Assembly (NCBI GenBank): GCA_046542315.1
Contig: JBKHBO010000003.1
Location: forward strand, 16,101 to 80,100
Direction: 5' to 3'
DNA from: Clostridia bacterium
GTDB lineage: Bacteria > Bacillota > UBA994 > PWPR01
Length of the DNA stretch: 64,000 nucleotides
Position 1 is the stretch's first letter. Each line of letters opens with the position of its first letter. This document shows, piece by piece, positions 55,698-64,000 of the stretch. The position numbers were made by a program, and so were the translations under genes. The notes beneath the pieces are model-generated. The model searched no databases. It saw only the letters and a program-made list of their open reading frames with translations, and had not been told where the DNA came from.

Positions 55698-58013
55698 TTG
55701 AAAAAAGTTAGAGTATATGAAATAGCAAAAGAATTTAATATTAAAAGTAAAGAGTTGGTAGACGCACTAAATCAGGTGGGTATCGAAGTAAGTAGTCACA
55801 TGAGTTCACTTGAGGCGGATGTTGCAAATCAAATTAGATCAATGTTAAAGCAGACACAATTAGGCAAAAACAATGTTGAACAAAAAGAAAACGATATAAA
55901 GGAAGCTAAAGAAGATAAAGTGAAAGTAAATACAGCAGAGAAGCAACCAAAAGAAGAAGTTACAAAAGAAGAAAAGCAATCAAAGAGCCAGCCTAAACAA
56001 GTTGATAAGGTTGAAACCAAAGAAGAAAAAGAAAAGAAAGCTAAGGCTTTAGAATTGTTGAAGTCTGCTGAAAAAGAAATTCCAGAAGTGATTCCAGAAG
56101 AAATGAAGAGTGACTACACTATAATCAAACATAGTGAAAGTGTAGAGGAAATCTGGGAGCAAGAAATTGAGAAAGAGAAGATCAAATCTGCTCGAAGAAG
56201 ACCAAAGAAAAATAAAAGAGATCGTTCAGATGATAGACAGCAATATGTTGAAAGACCTCAAGAGATTGAAATACCAGAATACATAACAGTAGGCGAACTA
56301 GCAAAAGCAATGGCAATAGATCCAAATGAGCTAATTGCTCAGCTTATGAATTTAGGAGTAATGGCTGCAATAAATCAGCCTGTAGATCCAGAAGCTGCTA
56401 TTGTTATTGGAGAAGAGCTTGGTATTACAGTAAATATAAAAAAAGAAGAGAAAGAAGAAACTATAATTGAGCCAACAGCCGATCCAGAATTACTAGAGGA
56501 AAGACCTCCAATAGTAACTGTAATGGGGCATGTTGACCATGGAAAAACTTCTTTACTTGACCAAATTAGAAACTCAAGGGTTATTGCAACAGAAGCTGGT
56601 GGAATTACACAGCATATAGGCGCATATCAAACAGAAGTTAATAATAAAAAGATTACATTTTTAGATACACCAGGTCACGCAGCTTTTACAGAAATGCGTT
56701 CACGTGGTGCAAGAGTAACTGATATTGTTATCCTAGTTGTAGCTGCAGATGATGGCATAATGCCACAGACCACGGAAGCTATTAATCACTCAAAAGCAGC
56801 TGATGTTCCAATTGTTGTAGCTATCAACAAATGTGATTTACCTAGTGCTAATCCTGATAGGGTTAAACAAGAACTCACTAAATATGATTTAGTACCAGAA
56901 GAGTGGGGCGGAGACACAATTTGTGTAGAAATCTCTGCCTTGACAGGAGATAACATACCTGAATTATTAGAAGCGGTTTTACTATTAGCTGAAATGAATG
57001 AATTGAAAGCTAATCCGACAGCCTTAGCTCAAGGAACAGTAATTGAGTCAAACATCGAAAAAGGTTATGGAAGAGTAGCAACAGTTATTGTTCAAAACGG
57101 AACACTTCGTAAAAGTGAGTCAGTTGTTGTAGGTAATTACTATGGTAAAATTAAGACTATTGTTAGTGATAAGGGTAAAAGAATAAAAAGTGCAGGACCA
57201 TCGACTCCAATAGTAATTTCAGGATTGGACGGACTTCCTGAACCTGGAGATATTTTAACAGCTTATGAAGATGATAGAGAAGCTAAAGATATCGCTGAAC
57301 AAAAACAGCAAAAAGCTCGCCAGATAGAATTAAGAGCTAAATCATCACGTATGACATTAGATGATCTTGTAGCACAAATGCAAGATGATAGAGAGTCTCA
57401 TACATTAAATATTATTGTTAAAGGTGATGTGCAAGGGTCAGTAGAAGCAATCAAAGGATCATTAGCACACCTAAATGAAAAAGATACAAGAATCAAGTTT
57501 GAAGTGATACATAGTGGTGTAGGATCTGTAAATGAAACAGATGTTATGCTTGCAGCAGCATCAGATGCTTTAGTTCTTGGATTTAATGTTAACGCAGATG
57601 GATCAGCTAAATCATCAGCAGAAGAAGAGTCTGTTGAGATGAGATTCTATAGTGTTATATATAACTTGTTAGAAGACTTGGAGGCAATAGGTAAGGGAAT
57701 GCTTGATCCGATATTTGAAGAAATTAATATTGGAACTGCAAAAGTAAGAGCTACTTTTAAGGTACCAAGAATTGGTACAATCGCTGGTTGTTATGTGACA
57801 CAAGGCACAATTAAAAGAAATGCTATTGTTAAACTATACAGAGACGGCTCCTTAATCTATGAAGGTAAAATTTCATCACTAAAAAGATTCCAGGATGATG
57901 TTAGAGAAGTGGCCTCAGGCTATGAGTGTGGAATTGGTTTAGAAAACTTTAATGATATAAAAGAAGAAGATATCATTGAAGCTTATATAATGAAAGAAAA
58001 ACCAGGCGAGTAA
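55698..58013 (+). CDS. infB: translation initiation factor IF-2
   Basis: TTG start. Lys/Glu-rich N-region, G domain GHVDHGKTSLLD, DTPGH, NKCD. Confidence 0.95.
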   Translation: MKKVRVYEIAKEFNIKSKELVDALNQVGIEVSSHMSSLEADVANQIRSMLKQTQLGKNNVEQKENDIKEAKEDKVKVNTAEKQPKEEVTKEEKQSKSQPKQVDKVETKEEKEKKAKALELLKSAEKEIPEVIPEEMKSDYTIIKHSESVEEIWEQEIEKEKIKSARRRPKKNKRDRSDDRQQYVERPQEIEIPEYITVGELAKAMAIDPNELIAQLMNLGVMAAINQPVDPEAAIVIGEELGITVNIKKEEKEETIIEPTADPELLEERPPIVTVMGHVDHGKTSLLDQIRNSRVIATEAGGITQHIGAYQTEVNNKKITFLDTPGHAAFTEMRSRGARVTDIVILVVAADDGIMPQTTEAINHSKAADVPIVVAINKCDLPSANPDRVKQELTKYDLVPEEWGGDTICVEISALTGDNIPELLEAVLLLAEMNELKANPTALAQGTVIESNIEKGYGRVATVIVQNGTLRKSESVVVGNYYGKIKTIVSDKGKRIKSAGPSTPIVISGLDGLPEPGDILTAYEDDREAKDIAEQKQQKARQIELRAKSSRMTLDDLVAQMQDDRESHTLNIIVKGDVQGSVEAIKGSLAHLNEKDTRIKFEVIHSGVGSVNETDVMLAAASDALVLGFNVNADGSAKSSAEEESVEMRFYSVIYNLLEDLEAIGKGMLDPIFEEINIGTAKVRATFKVPRIGTIAGCYVTQGTIKRNAIVKLYRDGSLIYEGKISSLKRFQDDVREVASGYECGIGLENFNDIKEEDIIEAYIMKEKPGE

Positions 58014-58285
58014 TGTATCGAGTAGTTTCTGTTAAAATATATATCCCACAAGCATATTCATTAAAAGATAAAAGACAGGTTCTAAGATCTATTATCGATA
58101 AATGCAAACGGTTAAATGTAAGTATAGCTGAAACCAAAGATAATGAAAAATGGAATTATGGTGAGCTTACATTTGCAGCTGTCAGCAATACTGGAAAACA
58201 TTTACAACAAATGATAGATAAAGTGATAGATATTATTGAGCAAGACTTCAGAGTGCAAATGCTTGATAAAAAAATATTAATATAA
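58013..58285 (+). CDS. DUF503 family protein (YlxP-like)
   Basis: 90-aa ORF at the conserved infB-DUF503-rbfA position. SLKDKRQVLRSI motif. Confidence 0.75.
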   Translation: MYRVVSVKIYIPQAYSLKDKRQVLRSIIDKCKRLNVSIAETKDNEKWNYGELTFAAVSNTGKHLQQMIDKVIDIIEQDFRVQMLDKKILI

Positions 58286-58296
58286 GGGGCTTTAAA

Positions 58297-58647
58297 ATGA
58301 CTAATTATAGAGTTAATCAACAACAGTCTAGAGTAAAAAAAATTATAAGCCATCTTTTACAAAACGATGTGAAAGACCCAAGGATTGGATTTATCTCTAT
58401 TACTGGAGTAGACCTAACAAAAGATCTTAGTGAATGCAAGGTATATTTTTCTGTATTAAATGGAGAAGAAAAATTAGAAGAAACGAAAGAAGCACTTAAA
58501 TCAGCTTCAGGATACCTTAGAAAGCAAGTTGCAGCAAAGGCAAATCTTAGGAGAACTCCTGCTTTAGAATTTATTTATGATGATTCTCTTGCATATGGAG
58601 CAAAAATCGATAGGTTGCTTAAGGAAGTTGAAAATGAAAAAGAATGA
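58297..58647 (+). CDS. rbfA: 30S ribosome-binding factor RbfA
   Basis: DPRIGFISITGVDLTKDLSECKVYFS. Confidence 0.9.
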   Translation: MTNYRVNQQQSRVKKIISHLLQNDVKDPRIGFISITGVDLTKDLSECKVYFSVLNGEEKLEETKEALKSASGYLRKQVAAKANLRRTPALEFIYDDSLAYGAKIDRLLKEVENEKE

Positions 58648-59605
58648 GTTTAATTCATTTGTTGTTGAATATGATTCGTTCTTAGTATGCTCACATGAGA
58701 CCCCAGATGCTGATGCGCTGGGGTCATCAATAGCATTAGCAATTTATTTGAAAATTTTGGGTAAAGATGCAGAGTATTTATTGAGCGATGAGATTCCTAT
58801 TAATCTAGAGTTTTTAATTAACAAACCTCTGAGTGTTACAAAAGAAACCTTAATCAAATCAAAATACCAAGCCATTATTGTTCTAGATAGTTCAAACTTA
58901 AGAAGAACACCTTTAAATCAAGAGAATAAGATATGGAACTTGCCAATATTAAACATTGACCACCATCCTGATAATGATAGGTTTGGTGATATTAACATTT
59001 TAAATTTTACTGCATCATCAACAGGTGAAATTCTTTATAATTTATTTGATAAGTATATGATTGATAAAGATATAGCAAAGCAGCTGTATGCAGCTATTGT
59101 AGGAGATACAGGAGGGTTCAAGCACTCTAATACTTCAGCTATAATAATGAGAGTAGCAGCAGATTTAATGGAGTATGAGTTTAATTCATATGAGATAAAA
59201 AGCAAGATTTTAGATTTCAGAACTAAAAATGCTTTTGCTTTAGTTTCTGATGCTATTTCTAATGTAAAAATTTTTGAAAAATTTGTCATTATGACAGTAA
59301 ATAGAGAAATAATTAAAAAATATAATTTAAAACCTACTGAATATCCAGAGCTGGTCAACTATATTAGAGGAATAGAAGGAACTTATGTAGCAATAGTATT
59401 TACTGAGGTTTACGATAATAATGTAAAGATAAGTTTTAGAAGCATACCCCCAGTTGACATCTCAATTGTAGCAAGGACTTTTGGCGGTGGTGGCCATAAG
59501 TATGCATCTGGCTGTCAGATGAATGGAGAGTTTAGTGAGATTATAACAAAAGTTTGTAATTTTACACAAGAATATCTTGAAGGGCTGGATTTAGAGATTG
59601 ATTAA
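58634..59605 (+). CDS. nrnA: DHH-family bifunctional oligoribonuclease/pAp phosphatase NrnA
   Basis: ATG 58634. SHETPDADALGS, NIDHHPDN (DHH), GGGGHKYASG (DHHA1). Confidence 0.85.
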   Translation: MKKNEFNSFVVEYDSFLVCSHETPDADALGSSIALAIYLKILGKDAEYLLSDEIPINLEFLINKPLSVTKETLIKSKYQAIIVLDSSNLRRTPLNQENKIWNLPILNIDHHPDNDRFGDINILNFTASSTGEILYNLFDKYMIDKDIAKQLYAAIVGDTGGFKHSNTSAIIMRVAADLMEYEFNSYEIKSKILDFRTKNAFALVSDAISNVKIFEKFVIMTVNREIIKKYNLKPTEYPELVNYIRGIEGTYVAIVFTEVYDNNVKISFRSIPPVDISIVARTFGGGGHKYASGCQMNGEFSEIITKVCNFTQEYLEGLDLEID

Positions 59606-60440
59606 TGGAATTGTTTCAATAATAAAACCACCTGGGATATCTTCTCATGATGTAGTATCAAGGGTGAGAAAAAAACTAAATACTAGGAAAGTTGGACATG
59701 CAGGAACTTTAGATCCAGGTGCAGCAGGAGTGATGGTTTTAGGCGTAAACAAAGGCACAAGATTGCTTGAGTATGTTCAAAACTACAAAAAAGTGTATAG
59801 AGCTGAAATTACATTGGGATATGAAACCGAAACGGGCGACTTGTTTAGTGAAATTACGAAGCAAAAGCAAATAGAATCTTTAACAGAAGAACAATGGAAA
59901 GATCTGCTCAATTCTTTTATTGGCAAACAACTACAAACACCACCTATGACTTCAGCTATAAAAATGGACGGTGTTAGACTATATGAGTTAGCTAGAAAAG
60001 GCGAAAGTGTTGAAAGGGAAAAGAGATCTATAGAAATATTCTCAATTAAACTAGTAGAACTCTTAAAAGAGAGCATCATAATTGATGTAATGTGCTCAAG
60101 TGGTACATATGTCAGGGTTTTATGCGAAGATATTGCTAGAAAGAGCAATAATTATGGAGTTATGTCATTTTTGCTTAGAAAATCAATAGGTCCTTTTAGT
60201 TTAGACAATTCCAATATGTTAGATGAAAATATAGAGATAAAACCTATGAGTCAAGCAGTAGAGCCTATGGAATCTTTAATACTGGAAGAGAAGCAATTAG
60301 AGGATATAAAGCATGGTAGGGCTTTACCTAGCGAGAAGAAGTTTAATGATAATATTGCTTTAATATCTAAAGAAAGTGAATTAGTAGCTATAGCATATTA
60401 TGAGAATGAATTGATAAAGCCTAAAAAGGTTTTTATATAA
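59598..60440 (+). CDS. truB: tRNA pseudouridine(55) synthase
   Basis: TTG start. KPPGISSHDVV, GHAGTLDPGAAGVM with the catalytic Asp. Confidence 0.9.
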   Translation: MINGIVSIIKPPGISSHDVVSRVRKKLNTRKVGHAGTLDPGAAGVMVLGVNKGTRLLEYVQNYKKVYRAEITLGYETETGDLFSEITKQKQIESLTEEQWKDLLNSFIGKQLQTPPMTSAIKMDGVRLYELARKGESVEREKRSIEIFSIKLVELLKESIIIDVMCSSGTYVRVLCEDIARKSNNYGVMSFLLRKSIGPFSLDNSNMLDENIEIKPMSQAVEPMESLILEEKQLEDIKHGRALPSEKKFNDNIALISKESELVAIAYYENELIKPKKVFI

Positions 60441-60454
60441 TAACGAGGGAAGCT

Positions 60455-61387
60455 ATGAGAATAATTAATAAATGGGAAAATTTCAATCAAATCAAGGATA
60501 ATATTGTTTTAAATATTGGTAATTATGATGGTATTCATATTGGACATCAAGAATTAATTAGAGAAGGAATTAGTTTATCTAACGGAAGGAAATTTGCACT
60601 TCTAACCTTCAACCCACATCCGAAACACTTTTTTAACCCAATTAAATTTCATAGGATTACGACTAAATTAGAGATGAAAGAAATCTTATCTAAAATGGGA
60701 GTTGATATTTGGTTAGACTTGCCATTTAATTTTAAAATTGCAAGATTAAGTCCTACTGAATTTTTAGACTTGATAACTAAAAACTTAAAGATTGATCATG
60801 TGATTGTTGGATTCAATTTCAAATTTGGTAATAAAGCTAAAGGGGATGTAATTTTTCTAAGGAATTACTTAGAAAAGAAAGCAATAGGACTGTCCGTACA
60901 TGAGCCAGTAAGATATGAAGGAGAGAAAGTCAGTAGCACTTTGATTAGAGACCTTTTACTTGATGGCAACATTGAGAAAGCTAATGTTTTAATGGGCAGG
61001 TCATATACAATTACAGGTATGGTGGAAAAAGGACAGGGTAGAGGAAAAGGACTTGGATTCCCCACAGCTAATCTTAATGTAGAAAAAATTAAATTACTGC
61101 CAAAAAACGGAGTTTATGCTGGGTACATTGAAGATGGTTTTTTAGCGGCTATAAATATTGGCGAAAACCCTACGTTTGAAAATAAAAGAAAGACTGTAGA
61201 AGTTCATATTATTGATCTAAAACAAGATAAGGACCTTTATGGTAGGGAGTTAAAAATTTATATTAAGAAGTTTCTAAGAAATGAAAGAAAATTTAGCAAT
61301 ATTAAAGAATTGCAAAAGCAAGTTCAGAAAGATATATTAACAGTAAAGCAACTAAATAACCAGCAATTATTTACAATTGATAGTTAA
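60455..61387 (+). CDS. ribF: bifunctional riboflavin kinase / FMN adenylyltransferase
   Basis: GNYDGIHIGHQEL, GRGKGLGFPTANL, VEVHIID. Confidence 0.9.
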   Translation: MRIINKWENFNQIKDNIVLNIGNYDGIHIGHQELIREGISLSNGRKFALLTFNPHPKHFFNPIKFHRITTKLEMKEILSKMGVDIWLDLPFNFKIARLSPTEFLDLITKNLKIDHVIVGFNFKFGNKAKGDVIFLRNYLEKKAIGLSVHEPVRYEGEKVSSTLIRDLLLDGNIEKANVLMGRSYTITGMVEKGQGRGKGLGFPTANLNVEKIKLLPKNGVYAGYIEDGFLAAINIGENPTFENKRKTVEVHIIDLKQDKDLYGRELKIYIKKFLRNERKFSNIKELQKQVQKDILTVKQLNNQQLFTIDS

Positions 61388-61484
61388 AGTGATAGAATAC
61401 TTATGTTAGCTTTTTACTAGGCTTTACGCCTACTCCAGCGTATGCGTGGTATTAAGTGTATTATGATTAATAGGAGGAAATATA

Positions 61485-61754
61485 ATGGCTTTAGGAAAAG
61501 AAGAGAAACAACGGATTATTGAAAAATACGCAATCAATGAGAATGATACAGGATCACCACAAGTTCAAGTTGCTATGTTAACTGAAAGAATTAATCAGTT
61601 AACTGACCATTTAAAATTGCACAAAAAAGACATTCACTCAAGAAGAGGAATGTATAAAATGATTGGTCAGCGTCGTCGTTTATTGAACTATCTAAGAAAT
61701 AAAGATATTGAAGCGTACCGAGAATTAATTCAACAACTTGGTTTACGTAGATAG
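61485..61754 (+). CDS. rpsO: 30S ribosomal protein S15
   Basis: [32 protein letters not shown]. Confidence 0.95.
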   Translation: MALGKEEKQRIIEKYAINENDTGSPQVQVAMLTERINQLTDHLKLHKKDIHSRRGMYKMIGQRRRLLNYLRNKDIEAYRELIQQLGLRR

Positions 61755-61760
61755 TAAAGT

Positions 61761-61785
61761 AAAAGCGGGGATACCCCGCTTTTTA
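61761..61785 (+). terminator. rho-independent terminator
   Basis: AAAAGCGGGG-ATA-CCCCGCTTTTT. Confidence 0.85.
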
Positions 61786-61816
61786 GTTACAACAAAGCTT
61801 CACGAGGAGGGCTTTT

Positions 61817-63925
61817 ATGAGAGAAATTTTTACAGAGAATATTAGCGGTAGAGAATTAACAGTAGAAATAGGAGAAATGGCTAGGCAATCTAATGGAGCG
61901 GCATTAATTAGATTTGACGATACAGTAGTTTTAGTAACTGCCACAGCAGCAGAGAAACCACAAGAAGGTATAGGGTTTTTCCCTTTAACGGTAGATGTTG
62001 AAGAGAGAATGTATTCTATTGGTAAAATACCAGGCGGATGGTTAAGAAGAGAAGGTAGACCTAGTGAGCAAGCTATTCTTAATTGCAGAATAATTGATCG
62101 TAGTATCCGACCTTTATTCCCAAAAGCATATCGTAATAACTTACAAATTGTCGCAACAGTCTTGTCAGTGGACCAAGATAATACACCAGAAGTAGTAAGC
62201 TTAATTGGTGCATCTTTGGCATTAGGCTTATCAGATATACCTTTCCATGAGATTATCGGCGCAGTAATAATTGGCAGGGTTAATGGAGAATATGTGGTAA
62301 ATCCAACAGTTAAGCAAGAAGAAGTAAGTGATATACACGTATTTGTTGCTGGTACTGAGGATGCTATTGTCATGATTGAAACAGATGCAAAAGAGGTTGA
62401 AGAAGAAGATATTCTAGAAGCAGTTGAAATTGCTCACAACCAAATTAAGCAAACTGTTGAATTCCAAAAAAGAATTATTGAAAAATTTGGAAAAGAAAAG
62501 TTGCCTACTCCTGTTAAAGAAGAAAACGAACAACTAAAAGAAGATGTTATATCTTTAGCTAGTGACCAAATGTATAGTATTATGAAAGATATTAACAAAG
62601 AGGAAAGAAAAGAGAAACTAGCTAATTTAGAAGAAAGTATTAAAGAAAGATTAGCAGAAAAGTATGAAGATGAAGAAAACCTTGATAAAGAGGTTAGTAA
62701 TTATATAAGTGAGTACTCTAAACAAACTATGAGGTCTATAATTATAAGTGAGCATCATAGAATTGATGGTAGAGGATTAGAGGACATTAGACCTATCTAT
62801 ACTAGAACTGGCCTATTACCAAGAACTCATGGTAGTGCTTTGTTTACAAGAGGTAGTACTCAGGCTTTGTCTATTACTACTTTAGGTACAATTAGAGACA
62901 GTCAAAAATTAGATGATATTGGTACAACTGAAGTTAAGCGATACATGCATCATTATAACTTCCCACCTTTTGCTACAGGTGAAGCAGGATTTATGAGAGG
63001 TCCTAAAAGAAGAGAAATTGGGCACGGTGCATTAGCAGAAAAAGCTTTATTGCCAGTATTACCAAGTGAAGAAGAATTCCCATATTCTATAAGAGTAGTA
63101 TCAGAAATTTTAGAGTCTAACGGGTCTTCATCTATGGCGAGTGTATGTGGTAGTTCTTTGTCATTAATGGACGCAGGAGTGCCGATTAAGCGACCTGCAG
63201 CAGGAATTGCTTTAGGGTTGATAAAAACTGAAGACGATGTTGTTATATTATCTGATATACAAGGCATTGAAGACTTTTATGGCGACATGGACTTCAAAGT
63301 AGCGGGTACTGAAAAAGGTATTACAGCAATTCAGCTAGATATAAAAATTAAAGGACTTAATGTTGAGATAATTCGAAAGGTTTTAGTACGAGCAAAAGCG
63401 GGACGAATGCATATTTTAGATATTATGAATAAAGACCTATCTAAACCTAGAGAAGAGTTGTCAACATTTGCTCCAAGAATGTATTCTACTCAGATCCCAA
63501 CTGATAAAATAAAAGTATTAATTGGATCAGGAGGAAAGACAATCAATAAGATTATTGATGAAACTGGAGTAGAAATTGATATTCAGGATGATGGTACAGT
63601 TTATGTAGCAGCTACTGAAAAAGAGAGTGGAGAGAAAGCTCTTAAAATGATTGAGCAGATTGTTAAAGATATAGAAGTTGGAGAAGTATATGAAGGTAAA
63701 GTTGTTAGAGTAGAGAAATATGGTGCCTTTTTAGAGTTGCTTCCAGGTAAAGATGGACTATTACACATTTCTGAAATGGACATTGGAAGAGTTAATAAGA
63801 CCGAGGATGTCGCTGAAATGGGAGATACAGTTAAAGTGAAAGTGATTGGAGTAGACAATGGTAAGATTAGATTGTCTAGAAAAGCACTTTTGCTTGATGA
63901 GAAAAAAGAAAAAGAAGAAAAATAA
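61817..63925 (+). CDS. pnp: polyribonucleotide nucleotidyltransferase (PNPase)
   Basis: Two RNase PH domains (GDMDFKVAGT), plus KH and S1 domains at the C-terminus. Confidence 0.95.
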   Translation: MREIFTENISGRELTVEIGEMARQSNGAALIRFDDTVVLVTATAAEKPQEGIGFFPLTVDVEERMYSIGKIPGGWLRREGRPSEQAILNCRIIDRSIRPLFPKAYRNNLQIVATVLSVDQDNTPEVVSLIGASLALGLSDIPFHEIIGAVIIGRVNGEYVVNPTVKQEEVSDIHVFVAGTEDAIVMIETDAKEVEEEDILEAVEIAHNQIKQTVEFQKRIIEKFGKEKLPTPVKEENEQLKEDVISLASDQMYSIMKDINKEERKEKLANLEESIKERLAEKYEDEENLDKEVSNYISEYSKQTMRSIIISEHHRIDGRGLEDIRPIYTRTGLLPRTHGSALFTRGSTQALSITTLGTIRDSQKLDDIGTTEVKRYMHHYNFPPFATGEAGFMRGPKRREIGHGALAEKALLPVLPSEEEFPYSIRVVSEILESNGSSSMASVCGSSLSLMDAGVPIKRPAAGIALGLIKTEDDVVILSDIQGIEDFYGDMDFKVAGTEKGITAIQLDIKIKGLNVEIIRKVLVRAKAGRMHILDIMNKDLSKPREELSTFAPRMYSTQIPTDKIKVLIGSGGKTINKIIDETGVEIDIQDDGTVYVAATEKESGEKALKMIEQIVKDIEVGEVYEGKVVRVEKYGAFLELLPGKDGLLHISEMDIGRVNKTEDVAEMGDTVKVKVIGVDNGKIRLSRKALLLDEKKEKEEK

Positions 63926-63937
63926 AGTATAAAGACC

Positions 63938-64000
63938 CGGGATGTGGCGTAGGTTGGTAGCGCGCTTGACTGGGGGTCAAGAGGTCGTGGGTTCAAATCC
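63938..64000 (+). tRNA. tRNA-Pro (anticodon GGG), truncated at the window edge in the T-arm
   Basis: Hand-folded: acceptor CGGGATG, D-arm GCGT/AGGTTGGTA/GCGC, anticodon stem CTTGA/TCAAG with loop CTGGGGG (GGG at 34-36, G37), variable AGGTC, T-arm GTGGG-TTCAAAT-CC... Confidence 0.8.

Noticed and set aside
55880-56230. Repetitive-looking AAAGAAGAA-rich DNA
   Set aside because: It encodes the Lys/Glu-rich low-complexity N-terminal region typical of IF-2. It is not a tandem repeat, a CRISPR array or a mobile element. The SMC coiled-coil region (17.3-19.8 kb) looks similar for the same reason.
61783-62373. 196-aa minus-strand ORF over the pnp 5' region
   Set aside because: It is antisense to PNPase and begins within its coding region. 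It has no RBS or promoter and is low-complexity.
63601-63996. 131-aa minus-strand ORF at the right edge
   Set aside because: It overlaps the pnp 3' end in antisense, and its start lies inside the hand-folded tRNA-Pro. The tRNA and pnp explain the sequence.

Overview
AT-rich (about two-thirds A+T by eye), gene-dense chromosomal segment from a low-GC Firmicute. RuvABC, an rnfCDGEAB operon, HslUV-CodY and TmcAL suggest a Clostridia/Tissierellia-like organism, but that is inference. All product calls come from recalled motifs and Bacillus/Clostridium synteny; no search was run. I call 74 protein genes, 72 of them on the + strand, plus one partial tRNA-Pro(GGG) at the right edge. The ORF track misses rpmF and the alaS 3' end. 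Nearly everything is core informational or housekeeping: alaS-ireB-ruvX-mltG-udk, ruvCAB-queHA-tgt, ackA, yceD-rpmF, plsX-acpP-rnc-smc-ftsY, ylxM-ffh-rpsP-rimM-trmD-rplS, rbgA-rnhB, rnfCDGEAB, topA-trmFO-hslVU-codY, rpsB-tsf-pyrH-frr-uppS-cdsA-dxr-rseP-ispG, rimP-nusA-ylxR-infB-rbfA-nrnA-truB-ribF, rpsO and pnp. I saw no transposase, integrase, phage gene, CRISPR array or recognisable defence gene. The non-routine content lies at 29.5-38.5 kb. First, RnfG is 500 aa and carries three tandem FMN-binding domains, the third with a degenerate flavinylation motif. Second, directly downstream is one tightly packed block: apbE, a NusG-domain-II protein, a Gx transporter, an orphan DPPY DNA methyltransferase, a membrane-anchored PP2C/SpoIIE phosphatase and a fucose-isomerase-fold protein. 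The last three genes are the only accessory-looking part of the window and my best, still speculative, candidate for an undescribed module. Smaller oddities: an intrinsic terminator inside the 3' end of the ylbL-like ORF, where it overlaps convergent tmcAL; a 66-aa ORF translationally coupled to frr; and a promoter-then-terminator leader ahead of rimP-nusA-infB.
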